This document shows, piece by piece, positions 56,901 to 64,000 of a DNA stretch of 64,000 nucleotides. Origin of the DNA: the human T2T-CHM13v2.0 reference genome, Homo sapiens; NCBI RefSeq assembly GCF_009914755.1, contig NC_060931.1; one strand, 5' to 3'. The notes beneath the pieces are model-generated. The model was not told the DNA's origin. It made no database searches and was given only the letters and a program-made list of their open reading frames with translations. The stretch's first letter is position 1; each line of letters opens with the position of its first letter. Made by a program: the position numbers and the translations under genes.

Positions 56901-58712
56901 GCCGTTTCAGTTTGTAATTTGACTTACAATAAAAGATCTTTAAAACATATTGCATTGTATTATGCTTTGCATAGCTAAGCTTGCCCTTGCCACATTTTAA
57001 TTATCTGCAAGCATTAACTGCTTTTTAAAATAACAGCATCCCCAAAGCATTAATATTGATGAAAATAAAGTAAAAAATTAAAGTTTTGAGAATTACTGTA
57101 TAAATGAAATTAATATTTGATTATAGATCACTTATTCTGTTACTTTTTTCTTTGACTATGAAATTTATTGTGAGAAAGTGTGAACTCAAGTGCAAATTAA
57201 TTTTGAGTTCCATGTCTAATCATTTCTAAATTTGGTAAATGCATGTCATTATTTTCCTATTTCAAAATTTTAAATTCTATACTTTCTGTATACAGGAGGG
57301 TTACAATTGTTCATGCACACACAAATATCTCTTAAGGGAGAAGCTGTTGCTTCTGTTTTCATGTCAGCTACAGCATTTGACATAGTATTTTGAACAAAAT
57401 AAATGCTCAAGAAAATGTTTTTTGCATGAACACATCAATGAAAAAAAATTCATTGGCTTGAATCTGACTTAAATATTTGCTAAATGGATCAAGCACCACC
57501 ACCAAGCTACTTTTCTGTCTTCAGAAAAGCTTTTATCAGGCACCAGTTGCTTAAAACTAAAGTGTGAATCTGTGGTATTCTTAAATTCTTTGGGATTATG
57601 TAGGAATGTGTAAAATGATGTTCAAGTGTCTCAGGAGAAAAGGGTTAGTAAGCAACACTTACATAGAAATGAAATTGTTTCAGACAGTGGTCAACCTCAG
57701 CAAAGTATTTGCAAAATAGCAATCAAGTGACTGCTCTCATTTGCTTTGGGGGTCAGAAGCTGTCCACTTACCTCCAAACCTCACTCCTCACTAATTGCAG
57801 GGATGGACGAGTGGAAGGCAGGGTGTTGGATGAGTGCTGACAGCTGTCCCGAATGTGGCATCTTGTTTCCTACGGGCCCAGGTCTGCTTAGCATTACACA
57901 GTGCTTAGCTTCGTTCAGGATGTGGTCAGTGTTTGCTGGGAGGCGTATGAGACACTGGCTTTCCAGGAGGAAAGCTCCTGGAAATTTACACCAGGCATGC
58001 AAATTTGAGTGTAGAAAATTGACTGTAAAAATTCAGGGGGGAAAAAGAAAATTTGTTGGTGTGGCAGCAAGGAAAATATTTCTTTTGCCTCCCCAAAGAA
58101 AAAGAAATTCCGCAGGGCTTAGAGTTTGTATTTGAAAAGAGATAAATTCATTCCTAGAAATATTTTGGTATCACTGGCTCTCAGGTGGCTCGTGTTCCAT
58201 TCATTGGTGGTCAGAGCTTTCTGGGATCTAAGGAAGGAGAGGTGAGGAGTTGGAGGGGAGGATCTTACATGTAAGGGGAGCACGTGCGGTGTGATATAAC
58301 AATCCCTGAGCCCCCCAGCAAGTAGTGAAAATTATGTATTAGATTAATCTGTGTCTAACTTTAATGGGGATTATCTTCAGTTTAAAAAGCAAAGGTAGAA
58401 AGAAGCGTTTGGGGTAAATCCTTCACGCCTCTGGGATAAATTTATGATTTTAATCTCATATTATCCTAATGTTTAAAGTATTAACTTTTTCTTAGGAATA
58501 AGCAGCTAAATTGATGGTACCTCGGGTCGCTGCTGGCTTTCAATTTCAGGGATGCTGTGATGAACGAAGAATGAGGGGTGTGTCCGATAAAAACTTGGGC
58601 CTATCTCCTTATTTCCAAATCAAATGGTGTCATTGGTAGCATCCATTGTGGCATCAAACTTCTGTGAAAGAAGAGAAGACAGGATATACACGCGGAGGCA
58701 TGTGATTCATCT

Positions 58713-58720
58713 TGACGTCA
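58713..58720. promoter_or_regulatory. Full CRE palindrome TGACGTCA (candidate)
   Basis: Exact match with intact CpG in unique sequence; function untested. Confidence 0.35.
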
Positions 58721-59519
58721 TCTGTCCTCTGCGTTATTTGGAGAGTGGGCTGAGAAACCCCGGGACTGAAGACATAGGGTAGAGTAACAAAAATGCACCC
58801 CCCACAATGTCTAAACACAAATGTTCACTTTTTGTTTAAGTGAACTTGAGCTGTGACCTCTCAAAACTGCTTACTCAGCCTTTCTTAATACCAGAGCAAC
58901 TTAAAAACGAATCCCATCTTCTACCAAAACTGCTTTAGGAAGCAGCTCCTCTGGGCCCCTGGCTTTGACAGGATTCATTCTGAAATGGTCCTGTATCATC
59001 CAACCAATACAGCAAATCTGTTACTTTTAGAACAGAAGAATCCGACAGGATTTTCCAGAGGCCAGCTGTGGATCTTTAGATTGTCGTCATGTTACTCAGA
59101 ACAGAACAACTGTTTGAATCAAAGCCAAAGATGTCCTTGAATCATTTAGTATCAGGGCACTAATGAGCTCTGCAGACATTTCAAATTCCTTTTCCTTCCC
59201 ATCCCTCCCTCCCCATCCACCTTACCCAGGTGTGACTTAATCCAGTCTATTTTTCCCCTAAGTAATAAGCTGTAACACACATACGCTCATGCACATACAC
59301 ACATCCATACATACATATAGACATAAGATTTATAGGTGTATAATCTGTTTTGTATGGTGAAGTGAGGTTTCAAAACAGTGATTTTTCAAAAGCAGCAGCA
59401 GATTCTTCACTGGTCTCTTTTAATTAATAGATATGTAGAAGTAGAGCTTTGATTTTCATTGTGTCCTACGGTTTTGAGAAATGGCAGATGCCTTAATGAT
59501 CTGCTAAGCCAACTCTGAG

Positions 59520-59650
59520 TTTTTGGAGATGAGAAAACTGAGGCTCAGAGTTTGAGGAGATTTGTCCAAGATCCCCCAGGTAGCATCTGGTAGAGCTGGA
59601 CTTGAGCAGGTTGTTGACTTCCTGGCTCTCTTTCCTCTATAGCACACAAT
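59520..59650 (-). mobile_element. MIR
   Basis: agatgagaaaactgaggctcagag...tttgtccaagatc...ggtagagctgg. Confidence 0.75.
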
Positions 59651-60137
59651 TTGAGAGCCTTATTCATGTTTCTTACTTTCTCCATTTTCTTCTGCTTAAA
59701 ACTGCCTGTTTTAAATGGGCAAGTTTTATTCACCTATGATGTTTCTTTTTCTTGTTTTTCATGGCAAATTGATGAAACTGTGTTATTCTGAAGTCATATG
59801 TTATATGAGCACACATAATGTCAGTCTGGTATGCTCACTGTTCCCTGCCCCCTACCCCACTACATCTGTGTGACGAATTCCGCTTATAACCAGGGCTCAA
59901 GTCCTCTGTGAGTCTCTGTGCAAAGCAAAACTTTCCCTGGATACTCACCTCCCCTCACTCTTGGCAGCTGCTCCTCTCTCTACTCCAGCAAGCCTTTGTA
60001 TATGGAAGCATGAGCATTCCTACATTCTATTGTATTTATTTATTCATTCACTTATCTCTTTTTTATCCCCAGTTCTCCAATATAGCAAATGAAACTCCTT
60101 ATAAAACAAACCCCTACATAACTTAAGACTGTTTTAA

Positions 60138-60528
<391 letters not shown>

Positions 60529-60569
60529 TAATCTTCCAAAAGATTATGAATCAGCTTCCTACTTTTTAA

Positions 60570-60810
60570 CCGATATTTATTGAGCATCAAGTACTATGTT
60601 ACAAATAACCGTAGGACTTGCTTCTGTGGACATCATGCCACGAAATCTTCACAACAATCCTGGAGAGTTAGGTTGGCCTAACTGATGTATAGATACAGAA
60701 ACAGCAGAAAGAGGGCACATCTTTTCTAAAGTCTGCTGAGTGGCTAAATCTGAGATTCAAACTCAACCATTTGAACCAGTGTTTAAGATCTCCACCCCTC
60801 CATCGCACTG
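60570..60810 (-). mobile_element. MIR
   Basis: atttattgagc...aatcttcacaacaatcctg...gagattcaaactca. Confidence 0.6.
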
Positions 60811-61397
60811 CCTCTGCATCCCTCCTTAACTCATTAAGCAGATTTTTTTCAGTATGCCTATACTTCAACAAGATAGAAGCAGGATGGTGGGCAGGAGGGT
60901 GGCGGGGGGGGCGGGGTGGAGATGGGTGAAGTTTTGGAGTAAATTCTTCGGATCGTCTGCCTCAAACATACCCCTCCAAAAGTCATCACTACCAATATGA
61001 AAGTTTAAAGTGTTATACTTTTTAAAGAAGAGGACTTAGGCCCCTTCAGCTCTCTGTTATTGTTGCCTTATCTTCTGTTTATCACTTCTCTGATTTAATT
61101 TCTTACCAACGTTATTTAAAAAACAACAACAACAACAAAAAAAAACTAACCACCGAAAGATAGTTCCTAATTATCCCAGGATAGTGACGTAGGGATGGCA
61201 TATTCAAATTACTACTTGATTCAAAATATGGAAGAAGTTGATGCCTAGTAGCTTCCTCCCACCAAATTTTTGTCAGAACTTCTATTTAACAGCAAACATA
61301 TGTTGCATCTACTTCCCCCCACCCCACATCTTTTAATCTCAGAAGTCCTATTGGTTCATTAAGTGGCAGTATTTAAATGGGAAAAAAAAAAAAGCTA

Positions 61398-61757
<360 letters not shown>

Positions 61758-62479
61758 GAGTTGTATGTAACTGTGTAATGTTTCTCCCATGTTGTAAAAA
61801 CTAGACAGTATCACTGAGTTGCGACTGTCAGTCCTTTATAATTCACCGTTGCTCATGTTTGCATCTATCAGTTAGTACTGAAAAGTAAAAGGCAGGCCCT
61901 TTCATTTACATAAAATAAAAAATAAGACGCATGAAACTTTTTAGCTTTTTGAATAACTTAGCTCTAGTGGCAGAGCAGGAATGTGTTTAAAAGAATTAAA
62001 AGTGATGAGAAGTGTTTATCTGTTGATAGAACAGCAGCAGCCTGAAGATTGACCCTGCCTGCAGCTTTGAACTGTTTGATTACTATTTGTCTTCTCCCCT
62101 GCAGCTATCAAACAAGGGAAGCAGGTTTTGAAGGGGCAACAGTGAAAGAAGAAAGGGAAAAAGGTCTGCCCTCACCAGAGGAAAATGTTTCTTCCATATG
62201 GTTTGCTTAGAAGCTATTTTGTCTCACCAAAAGGATAAAAAGTCTCTCCCATGCGTTGAGAGCAGGGAACATGTGAGTCAGGGAAATCGAGGGCTCTTGG
62301 AGACCTAAGTGTTACTGCAGACTTACGCATGTGAAAGTTAGTACAAGGGCATAGGGCATGGCTGTTCACAATTTAGCTACTGGTCAGTGTTGTCCATCTG
62401 GTAAACCCGACCAGAGGCAAGAGTTGCCGGGATTGTCTTTGATTTGTATAGGCAACAGCTTGGCTGAGTTTTATTAGAG

Positions 62480-62680
62480 CCATTGTTTTCAAATATTTTT
62501 CTTATCATCTGAACTCTTTCATCAAATAAAATATCAATATATGAAACAGAGAGTAGCAGAGTTGCTCTGGTTGTAGTAGGGGAGAAGGCCTGGTCCCTGC
62601 CTCCTATGCTTTCACCTTCCCTCTAATAGCAGATGCTCAAGCATCAGATTTCCCCCAGGAAATAACTCAGAAACCAAACA
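62480..62680. mobile_element. hAT-Charlie MITE (MER103-like)
   Basis: cattgttttcaaa terminus; agcagagttgctctggttg core. Confidence 0.45.
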
Positions 62681-62748
62681 AGGAAAGGTGATTGGTGAGA
62701 TCCCTTATCATCCTATTGTCCTGGGGCCAAGGAGAGTGATGCTTACAC

Positions 62749-62906
62749 CAGTGGTTCTTAAAGTGTAGCCCAGACTGGAAGCATCAGGATTACCTGGAAA
62801 CTTGTTAGACATACAAATTCAGAATCCAGATCTCTTAGGTGGAGCCCAGCAACTGTGTTTTAATAAGACCTGTATGTCAAGACCACCAGGGTTTGAGAAC
62901 CATTAC
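62749..62906. mobile_element. MER5A-like hAT MITE
   Basis: cagtggttcttaaagtgt...ctggaaacttgttag...tttgagaaccatt inverted termini. Confidence 0.8.
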
Positions 62907-62929
62907 TAGAGCAGCATTTCCGATTTTAA

Positions 62930-63125
62930 GCTTTCTCAGATTCATTGCGTAGCTGGATCCTCAGAGAGGCAGGTACCACTTGCAAGGATGTTAATACAGG
63001 AAGCACCTGTAAGAGAAAATGAGACAGGAGCTGGAAAAGACTGAGAGCTGCTAAAACTCATGCATGTCTACTCTGAGTGGAGGAGAGAGGGAAGGAAGAT
63101 TGGGTGGAAGCATCCCAAGACATTA
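62930..63125 (-). mobile_element. Old ERVL-type LTR fragment
   Basis: gagtggaggagagagggaaggaagattgggtggaagcatcc resembles ERVL LTR sequence; subfamily uncertain. Confidence 0.4.
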
Positions 63126-63849
63126 GTTCTAATATCTGGGTATCTTGTAATTGGTCTCCATTATTTGTCATTTCTCTTGCAAATCTCGTATTTTCCTGGA
63201 TTTTTTTTTTTTATGGCATGTTGGGGGCAGTTGAGTAAATTCAGTAAATGTTTTCTAGTCATGAATGATCTCTTGTAGAGACTCTGTATTTTGATATACT
63301 CCCCTGAATAGTGCTGTTTTTAAAAAATAGTCACTTAATTTTGCTGAACTCAAACTGTAAACTCTCTATCTCACACCTCAAATCTTGGGTTAGTTCTCAT
63401 TAGCTTTAGCTGTCAGTGCTATATGCACATCACAGGGGTCAGCCACAGTTGGAACAAAGTTTATAGACTCTGCATTTTGGGCTCCCTCCTTTCTGGAATT
63501 TCCCCTTCGCTTTCCAGTATACTTTTTTTTTAAACTGTAAGTGGTTTTCTTTTGGCATCATATTATCAAGGTACTCTATTCTAAGGAGTTTCACAGCAGT
63601 TTGAGCCTTAAGCTGATTTCTTTTGCTTTTGATTGTTTAAAAACTATAAACATTTGTTTTATTGCTTGAGCAAAATATGCCTTTCTACTGGCTTATACAT
63701 TCATAAAATCAAGACTTTAATATTCATCCTGTTTAGACATTATCAACATATATTTCCTGATGAGTCAATTGATTTATTCATTAATTCTTCAAACCATTGC
63801 CCCCTTCTCTGTCTACACTGTAGACATAGATTTCTCCATTACTCTAACA

Positions 63850-63968
63850 CATTGGTTCTCAAACCTTAGTTTACATCAAAATCATGTAGAGGGGCTGTAA
63901 TAACACAGATTGCGGGGCCTCACCCCAGCGTTTCTGATGCCGTAGGACCATTCTTTGAGAATGACTTG
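63850..63968. mobile_element. MER5A-like MITE, internally deleted
   Basis: cattggttctcaaacc...acacagattgcggggcctcaccccagcgtttctgat...ctttgagaatgact. Confidence 0.75.
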
Positions 63969-64000
63969 TCTAACCCTGGTGAAAAATTATCATTTGCCAG

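Noticed and set aside
58557-58760. Box C-like GTGATGA as a possible C/D snoRNA
   Set aside because: There is no suitably spaced CTGA box D or terminal stem.

Overview
This is AT-rich mammalian genomic DNA. AluY, AluS and AluJ copies and a MADE1 element point to a catarrhine primate, most likely human. I recognise no protein-coding exon, rRNA, tRNA or CRISPR array, and the ORF track is explained by Alu/L1 translations and chance ORFs, so the window looks intergenic or deep intronic. I could not identify the locus. It holds 14 Alu copies or fragments, several old L1 segments, many L2 and MIR relics, ERVL/MaLR LTRs, hAT and mariner MITEs, and microsatellites, with repeat-poor blocks at about 28.1-32.4, 36.0-39.4, 44.6-47.2 and 56.9-59.4 kb. 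The most notable observations are structural: (1) an unexplained ~270-bp dispersed duplication (34761/36841) whose second copy follows a strong splice acceptor; (2) an L1 with an internal inversion plus a deletion that truncated an Alu, with junction microhomology; (3) a fold-back hairpin in an MLT2 LTR; (4) a head-to-head inverted Alu pair 28 bp apart; (5) a MADE1 hairpin of the miR-548 type; and (6) a consensus NF-kB site whose flank resembles the HIV-1 LTR enhancer. I found no convincing novel biological system. Repeat subfamily names come from remembered consensus sequences, and boundaries of old repeats are approximate.
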